Assembly: GCA_951406725.2 (NCBI GenBank)
Contig: OX597816.1
Coordinates: 72,664,001 to 72,728,000 of the forward strand
DNA length: 64,000 nt
Direction: 5' to 3'
Origin: Octopus vulgaris
Taxonomy: Eukaryota
This document shows, in pieces, positions 27,093 through 39,360 of the stretch. The notes under the pieces are model-generated. The model searched no databases, was not told the origin of the DNA, and was given only the letters and a program-made list of their open reading frames with translations. Each line of letters begins with the position of its first letter. Position 1 is the stretch's first letter. The position numbers were made by a program, and so were the translations under genes.

Positions 27093-27846
27093 GGGAGCTA
27101 GTGAGAGAGAAGAAAGAGAGGGAGAGAGTCTGTGTGCAGGAATCCTTCTGGTAACGAGTGCAATACATTCCTGAAAACCTTTCCGTAATGCTAAATTAAT
27201 TTTTCCTAGGATATTCATATTCCGAAATGAAAATGTGTTTCAACGGCTTTTTCTTCTTCTGAAGAAGAAGAACACAAGAAAAGTAAACAGGGAGCTCGAT
27301 CACTTGTACGCATAAAAATAACACATTTTAAAATATACGCAGTACATTATGTATACATAATGACATTTTGAAGAGAAATGCGTTAAAGAATGGAAAAGAA
27401 TCGTATTGTAGTAATAGGGTACGTTCTTAGCACAAAAGTGTTGATTATTGCGTAAGAGTCAGTGGTAGTTGTTAAAAGTTTTACCGGGAAGATATATATT
27501 CTATCTTATAGTTCATGAACATTAAGATCTAATTGAGCGGCAAAAAAACAACTTGAAATTCTTTGATGTTTACGGCGCATCATTTCATTGTTCAGTTCAG
27601 TGCTGGAACTGACGGCATTCTAAATTCTTCTAAATTTTATATTGCGTTCAATAACATTTATGTTACGAGTTGGGACCAAAATGGCAGAAAAACAATTGGA
27701 AACAATACTACTGCACATACTAGGGTTGTTATCAGTGAAAACATGCAGGCCTTCCTCTGTAAGTGCTAACGATTTTTCTATGCTCTTTATAGACACTCTA
27801 AGTGGAATTGGAGGGTATTTCTGTATTCTCTGTTCTTGTTCTAACA

Positions 27847-27887
<41 letters not shown>

Positions 27888-27889
<2 letters not shown>

Positions 27890-28010
27890 AGCTAAGTCGA
27901 TTACATCGATTCCGGTGTTCAACTGGTACATGCTTTATCGACCCTGAAAAGGATGGAAATCAAAGTCGACATCGGCAACAGTTGAACTCAAATTGTCGAG
28001 ACGCACGAAA
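27888..28010 (-). mobile_element. SINE family A, degenerate
   Basis: gtcgattacatcga...aaggatggaaatcaaagtcgac. Confidence 0.75.
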
Positions 28011-28186
28011 TGGTGGTCATCATCAGTTAATTATGATTTTATTCAACATATTCCCTTCTCAGATTCACATACTTATAGCAGCGGTTCTTCAGTTTTTCTC
28101 AGCTCTGTAAAAGAGCTCAAAGGCTGGGCCTCCAACCAGGCCTTTCGCGATACCCTTAGAGCCATTAACTTTTCAAAACCCCGTCG

Positions 28187-28251
<65 letters not shown>

Positions 28252-28277
28252 ACACAAACACACACAACGAGGTAAAG

Positions 28278-28534
28278 CTCCTGAGAATGCGGAAATTTTT
28301 ATAAGACCTTTATATTTCAGGCCCATCTTCAGAAGAGTAACACTGTGGGAAATGTCCAGTTATGCAGATTCCGTTAACCAATTCAAATCCTGTTGCGTTA
28401 TGAATCTCCTTCAAAATCTTCGATAACAACAGGAGATTTGAATGGGACCTGCATAACTGGACATTTTTTTTCTTAAGATAGGCCTTTGCACCTGAAATAT
28501 AAAGACTTTATAAAAACTTGCGCATTATCAGAAG
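28278..28534. mobile_element. Fold-back (palindromic MITE-like) element
   Basis: Nested complementary blocks: tttatatttcagg/cctgaaatataaa, aaatgtccagttatgcag/ctgcataactggacattt, attcaaatc..tgttg/caaca..gatttgaat. Confidence 0.8.
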
Positions 28535-28780
28535 ATTTCTATTATCCTTCTGTTTATATTCATCGATATTATAATGATTCAAGCGAACCACGGGGCCTTA
28601 TACATACATACATACGTACGTACGTACATGCATAAATACATATATACATACATACACATATATACATATATATGCATATATACACATATACCCATACATA
28701 TACTTATATATGTATATATATATATATACATACATATATATATACCTATATATGCATGTATATATATGTATACATATATA

Positions 28781-28818
<38 letters not shown>

Positions 28819-28908
28819 TATACATATATATACATATATATTCATATACATATATATACATATATATTCATATATATATATATATATATATTATATACAT
28901 ATATATAC

Positions 28909-28940
<32 letters not shown>

Positions 28941-29111
28941 TCATATACATATATATATATATATATTCATATACATATATATACATATATATTCATATAT
29001 ATATACATATATATATATATTCATATACATATATATATATATATATATATATGTATACATATATATTATATACATGTATATATATGTATACATATATATT
29101 CATATATATAT

Positions 29112-29158
29112 ATGGCTCAGTGGTTAGAGCGTCGAGCTTACGATCGTGAGGTTGTGAG
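29112..29158 (+). mobile_element. tRNA-derived SINE head fragment
   Basis: tggctcagtggttagagc (A-box), truncated before the B-box. Confidence 0.6.
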
Positions 29159-29576
29159 ATCTCTATATACATAAATATATATAAATGCGACATATGCATG
29201 CCTACACACATACACACATGCACACAGATAACACACACATACATGTAGGAGGGATAAAGCTGAAAACGCCTTTAATGGTAGACCTGTCCATGGCGGCGAG
29301 CTGACAAAAACATTAGCACGCTGGGCGAAATGCGTCGCCGTATTTCGTCCGCCGTTACGTTCTGAGTTGAAATTCCGCCGAGGTCGACTTTGCCTTTCAT
29401 CCTTTCGGGGTACCCCGATTAAATTTCAAGTACCAGTTAAGTCTGTGAGGTCGATGTAATCGACATGAGTTGATCCGTTTGTCTGTCCTTGTGTGTCCCT
29501 TCTGTGTTTAGCCCTTGTGGGTAGTAAAGAACTAGGTAGGCCTGTTAGTCTTGGCTGGCATGTGTGCCAAACAACA
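29159..29576 (+). repeat. Local direct duplication of 30855-31262 (includes SINE A with Tx1-like tail)
   Basis: Near-identical, including the unique flanks. Confidence 0.9.
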
Positions 29577-29940
29577 ATGCTAGAATGCTAGAACGGGACG
29601 ACACTGCATAGTGCCAAAGATCCCAGCAATGCCATCACGCTTCAGGACCAGCTTCTGCAACAGCCTGGGTTTCAAAGGGCCCACAGCTTTTTAATATTCT
29701 CCCAAAGAGTCTGAGGAACTTGCACAAAGTAGATGTAGCGGTTTTTAAATCAAAGCTGGACATCTTCCTGTCAGGAGGCCCAGATGAGCCTACCTCACGG
29801 CAAGAGGTACAAATGAGAGTAGCTGTATCAAACTCCATTCTTCACCAAGTGCCACATATTAGACGAGGTTCGTTGTAATAACAGTGTAGCACAAAATGGC
29901 GGGGCATCAGCATGGCCGCAGCTCTGAGCTGAAACTAGAG
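29577..29940 (+). mobile_element. CR1-group LINE 3' end fragment
   Basis: Homologous to 6340-6670 and 55150-55560; tail agcatggccgcagctctgagctgaaac. Confidence 0.8.
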
Positions 29941-29965
29941 AAAAAAAAAAATATATATATATATA

Positions 29966-30006
<41 letters not shown>

Positions 30007-30013
30007 ACACACA

Positions 30014-30048
<35 letters not shown>

Positions 30049-30050
<2 letters not shown>

Positions 30051-30281
30051 CAATCAAGGAATATATAGGCCATTCACCCACTAGAAATAACAGCCAAAGC
30101 TTCAACCGCAAATAAAAATTAATTCCGTAAACCAGGAGAAAATTTATACCCTGTATATACGATATACCGTTTCATCTGCTGATTAATGGTAAATAACCTG
30201 ATTAAATTAAATCAAGCCAATCTTCCAAAGGCCCTCAGATTCTTATAAGAAATAGTCGGAACAGATATTATATTGATTAAT
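30049..30281 (-). repeat. Degenerate partial copy of the 491-bp hammerhead unit inside (TA)n
   Basis: Matches 10719-10966 with deletions; catalytic core and stem I are broken. Confidence 0.9.
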
Positions 30282-30357
30282 ATATATATATATATATAGA
30301 TATATATATATATATCTACGTATATATATAAAATATATATATATATATATATATACG

Positions 30358-30399
<42 letters not shown>

Positions 30400-30402
30400 T
30401 AC

Positions 30403-30458
<56 letters not shown>

Positions 30459-30515
30459 GTATATATATAAATATATATATATATATACGTATATATATAT
30501 ATATATATATATATA

Positions 30516-30561
<46 letters not shown>

Positions 30562-30580
30562 GTATATATATATATATATA

Positions 30581-30618
<38 letters not shown>

Positions 30619-30988
30619 ACGTATATATATAAATATATATATATATATACGCATATATACATATACATACCTACTTCCATACATATATACAAAGATACGT
30701 ATGAATATATGTATGTACATATATATGTGTGTGTACGTATATAGTAATCGGGAGAAATTACATAGGAGTTACATCACAGTTTAGTAAATGCCAATGCACG
30801 AACATTAAGACTCACTTCTGCTGATTAATAACATATACCTATCTCTCTGTCTCTATCTCTATATACATAAATATATATAAATGCACATATGCATGCCTAC
30901 ACACATACACACATGCACACAGATACACACACACACATACATGTAGGAGGGATAAAGCTGAAAACGCCTTTAATGGTAGACCTGTCCA

Positions 30989-31220
30989 TGGCGGCGAGCT
31001 GACAAAAACATTAGCACGCTGGGCGAAATGCGTCGCCGTATTTCGTCCGCCGTTACGTTCTGAGTTGAAATTCCGCCGAGGTCGACTTTGCCTTTCATCC
31101 TTTCGGGGTCGATTAAATAAGTACCAGTTAAGCACTGGGGTCGATGTAATCGACTTGATCCGTTTGTCTGTCCTTGTGTGTCCCTTCTGTGTTTAGCCCC
31201 TTGTGGGTAGTAAAGAACTA
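30989..31220 (+). mobile_element. Full SINE family A with Tx1-like tail
   Basis: Family A head and central domain; tail ...tttagccccttgtgggtagtaaagaa. Confidence 0.9.
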
Positions 31221-31519
31221 GGTAGGCCTGTTAGTCTTGGCTGGCATGTGTGCCAAACAACAGAAAGCGACTTTGGGAACCTACACTACATTGATTACTA
31301 ATGAAATTGCAAATACGTTTGCAGTGGTTATTGAATTTCTTAAACGCCCTGATCAATCAATCAATGTCGCATTTGGAATCGTAATCAACAATAGATAGCT
31401 GTGATGTTTAAAGGTTATTGGAAATGATGAAAATAGGAAAACAAGACACCTATATATATATATATATATATTACGTATGTAGGTAAGTATACATACACAC
31501 ATACATACATATATATATA

Positions 31520-31551
<32 letters not shown>

Positions 31552-31642
31552 CATACATGAATGGATGCATTTATAGAAAGGAAAAAGATGCGTTTACGGC
31601 ACTTAGACATGTGAGTGACGGTGTGTGTGCCTTAGAACGTGA

Positions 31643-31714
<72 letters not shown>

Positions 31715-31889
31715 CATATATACATGTATATATGTATATATTTATAAAAACATAGATAAATGCATGCATATATACATACCTATATACATACTTATATTTA
31801 CTGCAAAGCCATAGGCGAGAAACAAAATTATATATATATATATAAATGTGTGTTACATGGAAAAGCATACAAATACGCACGCACCCACC

Positions 31890-31930
<41 letters not shown>

Positions 31931-32650
31931 ACACACACACACACAAATGATAGCCGAATACAAAGTCTGTAAAAAAGAGGCATACAGGCATTTGGATTTG
32001 TAAATTCTATGTCGACGAATAGAATTCTTTACACGGAATAAATTAACGAGAAACGAAAGCATTGACATAAATAGTGACATTCGCCATTCACAATACATGT
32101 TCGTGCTAAGGCACGTAAACTTTAAAGAGGCACACACACACACACACACACACACAAATATACGCACATATACATATATATATATACGTTGGTATCTGTA
32201 CATATATACAAACATGTATATATATATGTATAGTTTTATATATTTATATATATACAGAAACAGGCATATAGGAAAATACGTACATATAACACTCGTACGT
32301 ACGGAGATCTTAGCATACATCATACGTTTATATTGGTATGAATGCATTTATTTAATTCATGTTTATATACAAGAATGAGAATTTTCTTTAGGCTTTTGAT
32401 GGTAAGCAATGACGAATAAAGGACGATTTCGGTTCAACAAAAGCCAACGCAATGTAAATTTTAGCTGTGAAAATTGCTCCAAAATTTACTGTAATGGCTT
32501 GGTAGAAAGCTCTGATGGGTAAGCATTTATATTCCTAAAAGCCGTTCCGATAATGGTCACATGTGGCATTTATTTATTTGATGTCGTGTTATTATGTACG
32601 TGTGTACATGTCCAACATCAAATCAGCTTGATTTTCTAACATGCCTAATG

Positions 32651-32690
<40 letters not shown>

Positions 32691-33261
32691 GCACACACAC
32701 ACACACACACTCTCTCTCTACCGTTCTCACAAACGATTCTCTCTCACTTCCTCTTACTTTCCCCCTCTCTCACTCCCTCATGACATGGCGCTCTCTTGTA
32801 CACATATGTACACGTATATATGGGAAGTTAATCATTCATGTGCAAACTGGAATGCAATCACGTATACAGAGGTGGATATGTGTGTCTGTGTGCGTGCGTG
32901 CGTGCGTGTGTGTGTATGTGTGTACACATATATGTATGAACGATTATATATGTATGTGTGTATATAATTATACATATGTACGAATATAAATATACATATA
33001 TACACAAACACACACACATATGTATATATATATGTATATATATATACATATATAGATATAATTATATGTATATGTACTCATATACATGTATTCATATCAA
33101 CAAATATATACAGGATATGCAATATAGATGTGTTTCTCTGTGTGTGTGTACTTTTATGTGCGTGTGCATGTGTAGCTGAGTATATACGCACATATATTTA
33201 TATATATATATATTTATCCACCTCTACCTATCTATCAGTCTATTTATCTCTCAAGCTAAAG

Positions 33262-33321
<60 letters not shown>

Positions 33322-33402
33322 CTCAAGCTAAAGATCTATCTATCTATCTATCTCTCAAGCTAAAGATCTATCTATCTATCTATCTATCTATATCAGTCTG
33401 TC

Positions 33403-33590
33403 CATTTGGACAGACAAACGGATTTAGTCGATTACATCGACCCCAGTGCGTAACTGGTACTTATTTAATCGACCCCGAAAGGATGAAAGGTTAAGTCGAC
33501 CTCGGCGGAATTTGAACTTAGTACGTAACGGCAGACGAAATACGGCTACGCATTTCGCCTGGCGTGCTAACGTTTCTACCAGCTCGCCTC
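33403..33590 (-). mobile_element. SINE family A (Tx1-tail subfamily, 3'-truncated)
   Basis: ggacagacaaacggat adjoins the central domain as in 31158-31173. Confidence 0.85.
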
Positions 33591-33638
33591 TGGCACTCTC
33601 TCCATCTCGTTCATACATATAAGAATATGTTTGAATAT

Positions 33639-33691
<53 letters not shown>

Positions 33692-33720
33692 AGATACATA
33701 CATACATACATACATATATA

Positions 33721-34165
33721 TATAGGGTAGCGAATATTCGTTATAAAATATCACCACCAGTGGCCTGGCATGCATAAATAGTCAATAGACAACATATTCA
33801 TATTTTAAAATAGAGTACATTTAAACACAAAAGAAAATTACCTTTTAACAGGTAATTTTTACATGCTAGAAAAAGCAGCCAACACGGCCAAAACAACAAT
33901 TAAATAGCAATTTTCAAAGGAAATGAAAAATAAAAACTTTTACCTTGTTATTTTTATTTGCGGTTATACAATGATTTCAAATTTCTTTACAAATAAAATT
34001 ATCTGCCACCCTTTAATAGGTAATTTAACAAACAATATTATCCGCCACGCGAATTCTCGTCAGTAACCGACCTCAATAACTAACTTATAATTCAGAGACA
34101 AGATAACAGGTGCTCCATTATTATATGTTATAATTTTTCAAAATTCCGCGGAATTTTGTTCAAAC
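33721..34165 (-). mobile_element. Diverged relative of the 491-bp retrozyme-like unit
   Basis: Colinear shared motifs: tatagggt(a/g)gc, ccaccag(t/c)ggcct, aaatagtca(a)tagac, ctagaaa..cagccaa, then the hammerhead. Confidence 0.7.
33961..34069 (-). ncRNA. Type I hammerhead ribozyme, second variant
   Basis: Minus strand: stem I CGGUUA/UAACCG, core CUGACGA, stem II base GAAUU...AAUUU with long insert, GAAA, minimal stem III, GUA triplet. Confidence 0.65.
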
Positions 34166-34167
34166 AA

Positions 34168-34304
34168 GGCATAGGCATGACCGTGTAGTAAAAATATTGC
34201 TTCCCAACCTCATAGTTCCAGGTTCAGTACCACTGCGTGGCAGCTTAGGTAACAGTTTTCTAGTTTAGCTCCGGGCAAACTTTTATGAGTGGATTTGGGA
34301 AACG
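34168..34304 (+). mobile_element. SINE family B head, interrupted by a Tx1 LINE
   Basis: ggttcagtaccactgcgtggcagcttagg...gagtggatttgg. Confidence 0.8.
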
Positions 34305-36442
34305 GACCCGAGCAAGGAGGATGAAATAGGGAATTTCAGGCCCATAACTCTGCTGAACACAGAGTTAAAGATTTTGGCCAAGGTAGTAGCGAAAAGGTTG
34401 GCGTGGGTCGTGCACAGACTTGTAGGGGAAACGCAAACTTGCGCTATCCCGGGCAAGACGATCCACGACAATCTCCACGCTACTCCTTAGAGAGTGGTGA
34501 AGCTTTCTGGCACAGGGGGCACTGGAACATTTGATAGGGTCGACCATCGGTACTTGGCGGCGGTCCTCGAGAAGGCTGGCCTGGGCCCGACCTTCCGCGG
34601 TTGGATTGCTGCGTTGTACAGCGACATCGAGTCTGTCATAAAAGTGAATGGTTTCCTTTCGAAGCCATTCAGGATCGAGCGCTCAGTGCGTCAGGGATGT
34701 CCCCTGTATCCGCTCTTGCATGTGTGTTGGCTCTCGAGCCATTAATGCGAAAGTTGGAGGCAATAGGGGGCGCATCGCATGATGTATGGTGTGGAAGAGG
34801 AGCAACGGCATATGCGGATGACATCTCCATCATCGTAGCGGATGAGGGCCATTGGTGGAAGAAGCTATAAAATGTTACGAGGCGGTGGCAGGAGCAAAGG
34901 TTAACAAGGACAAGTCGGTCGGTTTGCAACTCGGCACCTGGAGGGGCGAGCCGATGCCGTCCAATAACGTCGTGGGGCGTTGGACGGAAGGTCCTGTTAA
35001 GCTGCTTGGAGTCTGGTTTGGGCCAGGCCTCCGGATAGAGAAAACTTGGAGTGAAGCAGCCAGCAAGGTGACTGCTCTAACCCAGACCTGGTCTGGGCGG
35101 GTGTTGTCCTTGCTAGGAAAGACGGATGTGGTGCAGATGTTTATTACCTACTGCCTGACCGTGGTTCCTTGCCCCGATTTGTGGCTGAACAAGTTGGAGA
35201 GAATCTTTTTCCGCTTTTTGTGGAAAGGAGGAAAGCCACTTGTGAAGCGCTCTGTCTGCTGCCAGAAACCGCAAAAGGGTGGGCTAGGGATACCTTGGCT
35301 GAGGATGAGAAAAATCGCGTTAAGGTTGAGGCACCTTTGGCTTTACCTGGATGGAGAGCAGATGTGGTCACCGCACGTCCGGTTCTACCTTCCACAGTTA
35401 ACGTCCTTAACGGACATTGGCAACTGGATCAAGCAGAGACCTAGGCTGGGGGACTGGCAATTGGAGTATCGTCAGGCACTTCAGCTACTCTCTCGGGCGG
35501 GCAATGCCGGCAATAGGAGCTCCGCCGCGGATTTTTATAGCGGGCTAGTGGAAATTATGTCCGAAGACGCCTTGGGAGAGACCCTAGGCTATGATGAAAA
35601 TCAGTTGATCGACCTGTTCAGGAGAACTTTCGAGCCGGGGTACCTGGATAATTACCAGAAATCTCTGGCTTGGCAGTGCTTCCGTGCGGCATTACCTGTT
35701 CGTGATAAACTGTCAAGGCATGGAAGTGCCGTCTCGCCGACATGTCCGAGATGCGGGCGGGACAGGGAAACGGTCTTGCACGTATTTATGGACTGTCCGG
35801 AATTAAAGGGACTGATAACTTTCACAGAACAACTGTTATCATCGATGGGAAGAGTGCAGCTATCAGCTGAGTCTATCATCGATATTGTTCCTCCTTCTTC
35901 CCTTAACAGGGAAAGGAAGGCTTGCTTTTTCTGCGTAGTAGCCATACTGACGAAACAGTATGGAAGACGAATGTGAGAGGCATAGTGACGGGTAACTTTG
36001 TATCTGGCCAGGGGTTGGTTAACTATTTTAGTTAGCACCTCAGTAGTAAGATCAGGCTGGAGAAGAGGTACCAGTCACGAGATAGATTCATGAAAAGATG
36101 GAAGCCTGTGGCAAGGAAGCTGGGAACAATTGCCTCCAGGTAAGTGGAGTCCAAAAAAAAAAAAAAAAAGAAATTGAAAGAGAAAGCAGGGGTTCTACCC
36201 TGGTGGTCGGATGCCTTTCCTTCAAGGAAGTCATTGCAAATCGCAATGAGTAACATGTTATCATGTAATTGGTAATTAGTAATTTGTAATTTGTAAATAG
36301 TAATTTGTAATTTTTAAATTGTATCATAAATTTATCATCATAAATTTTTAAACGTTATAGCAGCTACTACACCTTTTTATGTTTGTCCTTGTTCGTCCCC
36401 TCTTTGTAATGCCTTCTTGGTAAATTTTATGAAATAAAGTAG
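34305..36442 (+). mobile_element. 5'-truncated Tx1/L1-clade LINE (ORF2 and 3' UTR)
   Basis: NFRPITLLNTELKILAK, FDRVDHRYL, VRQGCPL, AYADDI, KGGLGIP, CPRCGRDRETVLHVFMDC; frameshifted; ends gaaataaagtag. Confidence 0.92.
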
Positions 36443-38042
36443 TTTGCTTACCTGTCTCATGGATAGACGTATTTCTTTGGCGGCGAGTCAAACGTTTTGT
36501 TGAACCTTGGATTATTTTTTCTGTTTATTTTGACTGTTTATTGTTGAACATTTTCGAACTGTTGAACATTGTTGAACTGTTAAACTTTGAAATTTTTTGT
36601 GCTTTTTCTCGGTGACACGTGGATGTAATTGTTTGTGTAAAGCCATTTTTGCAGTTGTGAATTGTTGAAATATTGAACTTATTAAATCCGTTGTAGGCTT
36701 TATCGTCGTGCCCGCCACCCCAGTGGGGGTGGGATTTTTACTGTTATCCTCATTAAGAGGAAAAAATATTATAGGTTTCCCGTTTTGGGGGATAATCAAT
36801 TTATTATTGTGTGAAAATTTAGTTTTAGCCGTTGTAGGCTTTATTGTGGCACCCCGCCCCTAGCGGGGGTGAGATTTGAACTGTTGTACTCGTTGTGAGG
36901 AAAAGGGGAAAAAAAAACATTATTGGTCTCCCGTTTTTTGATATACCGTATTTTTATTATTGTGTTAAAAATTTAATTTCGACCGTTGTAGGCTTTGTTA
37001 TTACGTCTCGTCCCCAGCGGGGTGGGATTTGAACTGTTGTCCTCGTTGAGAGGAAAAAATGTAAGAAATTATAGGTTTCCCATTTTCTGGGATTAAATTG
37101 TGTATAAATTTATTTTGAACGAATATGTCGGTCGAAATAATTTCAGAGAAAAATTCACTGGAAGAGCCAGTTAAGAAATTTTCAGCTACTGAAAACGTCG
37201 AACTACCAAAGGAAAAGCTTTCCGAGCCTTTTGAAAAAATGAAAGAAGAGGCGGGGGGGGGGGGTGATATAAAATATCAGCCTCACCTAGTGTTGAGAAA
37301 TTGAAAAGGACAGTTGTTTTCAAAACATACTGACCTTCGGCAAAGAAATTTAAGCACTTTGAGCAGTGCAAAATTGGAAAAATGTCTGGCTCCCATATGG
37401 GAAGACATAAAGTATATAGCGAGGAGCCGTACTTATGGCACAGTAGAGGCCAGATTTGAAACAAAAATATAAGCACAAGAGCACTCAGTGAGTCCCCTGA
37501 AAACGAAGTTCACTGGAAGAGCCAGTTCAGAAATTTTCAGCAGTTACCGCGGCTGCTACTGAAAACGTCGAACTACCAAAGGAAAAGCTCTCCGAGTTGT
37601 TTGAAAAAATGAAAGCAGAGTGGGGTGATATAAAAATATCACCCTCAACTAGGGTTGAAAAATTGAAAAGAAGTAGTAAGATCAGGCTGGAGGAGAGGTA
37701 CCTGTCACAAGATAGATTTATGAAATGATGGAAGCCTGTGGCAAGGTAGCTGGGAGCGATTGCCACCAGGTAAGTGGATTCCAAAAAAGAAAAGGAAAGA
37801 GAAAGCAGGGGTTCTACCCTGGTGGTCGGATGCCTTTCCTTCAGGGAAGTCATTGCAAATCCCAATGAGTAACATGTTATCATATAATTGGTAATTAGTA
37901 AATTGTAATTTTTAAATTGTATCAAATTTGTCCTCATAAATTTTTAAACGTTATAGCAACTACAACACCTTTTTATGTTTGTCTGTCTTTGTCCGTCCCC
38001 TCTTTGTAATGCCTTCATGGCAAATTTTATGAAGTAAAGTAG
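36443..38042 (+). mobile_element. Internally deleted Tx1 copy in head-to-tail tandem (5' UTR, ORF1 start, duplicated ORF1 piece, 3' end)
   Basis: Three subrepeats of about 145 bp (36688, 36829, 36983); ATG at 37125; 37154-37310 is repeated at 37509-37671; 37672-38042 repeats 36042-36442. Confidence 0.8.
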
Positions 38043-38044
38043 CT

Positions 38045-38278
38045 ACCAGCGTCCAAAACTGAATATTAAACTTGCAGGGTACACTTGTGTACAGGGGATT
38101 ACAATCCCAGACACTAAATCAGTGAGGGACCTGGGTATCGACATGAGTGATGGTACCTCTTTTCAGGTGCTCATTACCAGGATGGTGACAGAGTGCAGAC
38201 AACTGGCTGAGAACGTTTAGAACCAGAGAAAAGGAAACCATGATGGTCCTCTGGAGAACAATCTTCCTCAGCCGCGCC
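38045..38278 (+). mobile_element. CR1-group LINE internal fragment
   Basis: VRDLGIDMSD...RTFRTREKETM resembles [10 protein letters not shown]...[11 protein letters not shown]. Confidence 0.7.
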
Positions 38279-38279
38279 T

Positions 38280-38480
38280 TTGTGTTTGTTTCCTCCGACA
38301 ATCACTGCTGGTGTGTTCACGTCCCTATAACTTAGCGGTTCTACAAAAGAAACCGATAGAATAATTACCGGGTTTTAAAAAGTTATAAGCTCTGAGGTCG
38401 ATACATACGACTAAAAATTCTTCGAGCTGGTGCCCCAGTATGGCCGCAGTGAAATTACTGGAACAAGTAAAAGATAACAG
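38280..38480 (+). mobile_element. SINE family B 3' half
   Basis: gttcacgtccctataacttagcggtt...ccagtatggccgcagt. Confidence 0.85.
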
Positions 38481-39327
38481 ACGGTAAAAAAAAGGATGAC
38501 ATGCAGGGTTAGGTAACCCAATGTACCTGAGCCTCTTTACATCGTTGGGTATTATTTGATGAATATTTATTTCGCTGCTATTTTTAGCCTGATGATCGGG
38601 CGTCCGTTAAGAGACCCTGTCCATTCGTTCATATGCATAACCTTGTTTTCTCTTCTTCTTATTCATTGCTCGTTTCGCCATTTCGCTTTGCTTGTTTTCT
38701 TAATTTTTATCAGCCTTTTGTATTTTTTTTTTATATTCTTAATGTTTTATTTCTCTTCTTTAATTTTGATAACTTATTTATTTTAATGACTTGAGAATCA
38801 TTGTCACTTTCGATCTTTATGTTTCTTTTTTTTTTTTTTTGTCATCTCGAGATCTCGAGACCATTGCAAGAAATGAAAGACACCGAGGAAATGACACGTC
38901 GTGAGAGTGGGGGGTAGGAAAAAAAGAAAGAAAGCAATAAAGGAAATGAAATGGAGAAAAAATTTAAATTAAAAAAATAAATGAAGAGACTACTGGAGTG
39001 GAACTCGTGTGGTGTGAAGTAGAGGTGAGTGGGAGATTGGCCGGTTCGAAATTATCTTGAAAAAAAACAAAAATAGGCACAATTTTTTTGGCAAAAGAAC
39101 CTGGTTTTGTCTTTTATGCATTTTTCATAATATTACTACTACTAATGATAATAATAATGATGATGATCATAATAATAATGATGATAATAATGATGATGAT
39201 GATAATAATAATAATTATTATTAATGAAATAAAAATCAGTCAATTGTTTGTATTTCCCTTTGTATTCCTTTATTTTATGTATTTATTTATTTTATCTCCG
39301 TTTCTTTTCTTTCATTTTTCACGTTAC

Positions 39328-39360
<33 letters not shown>

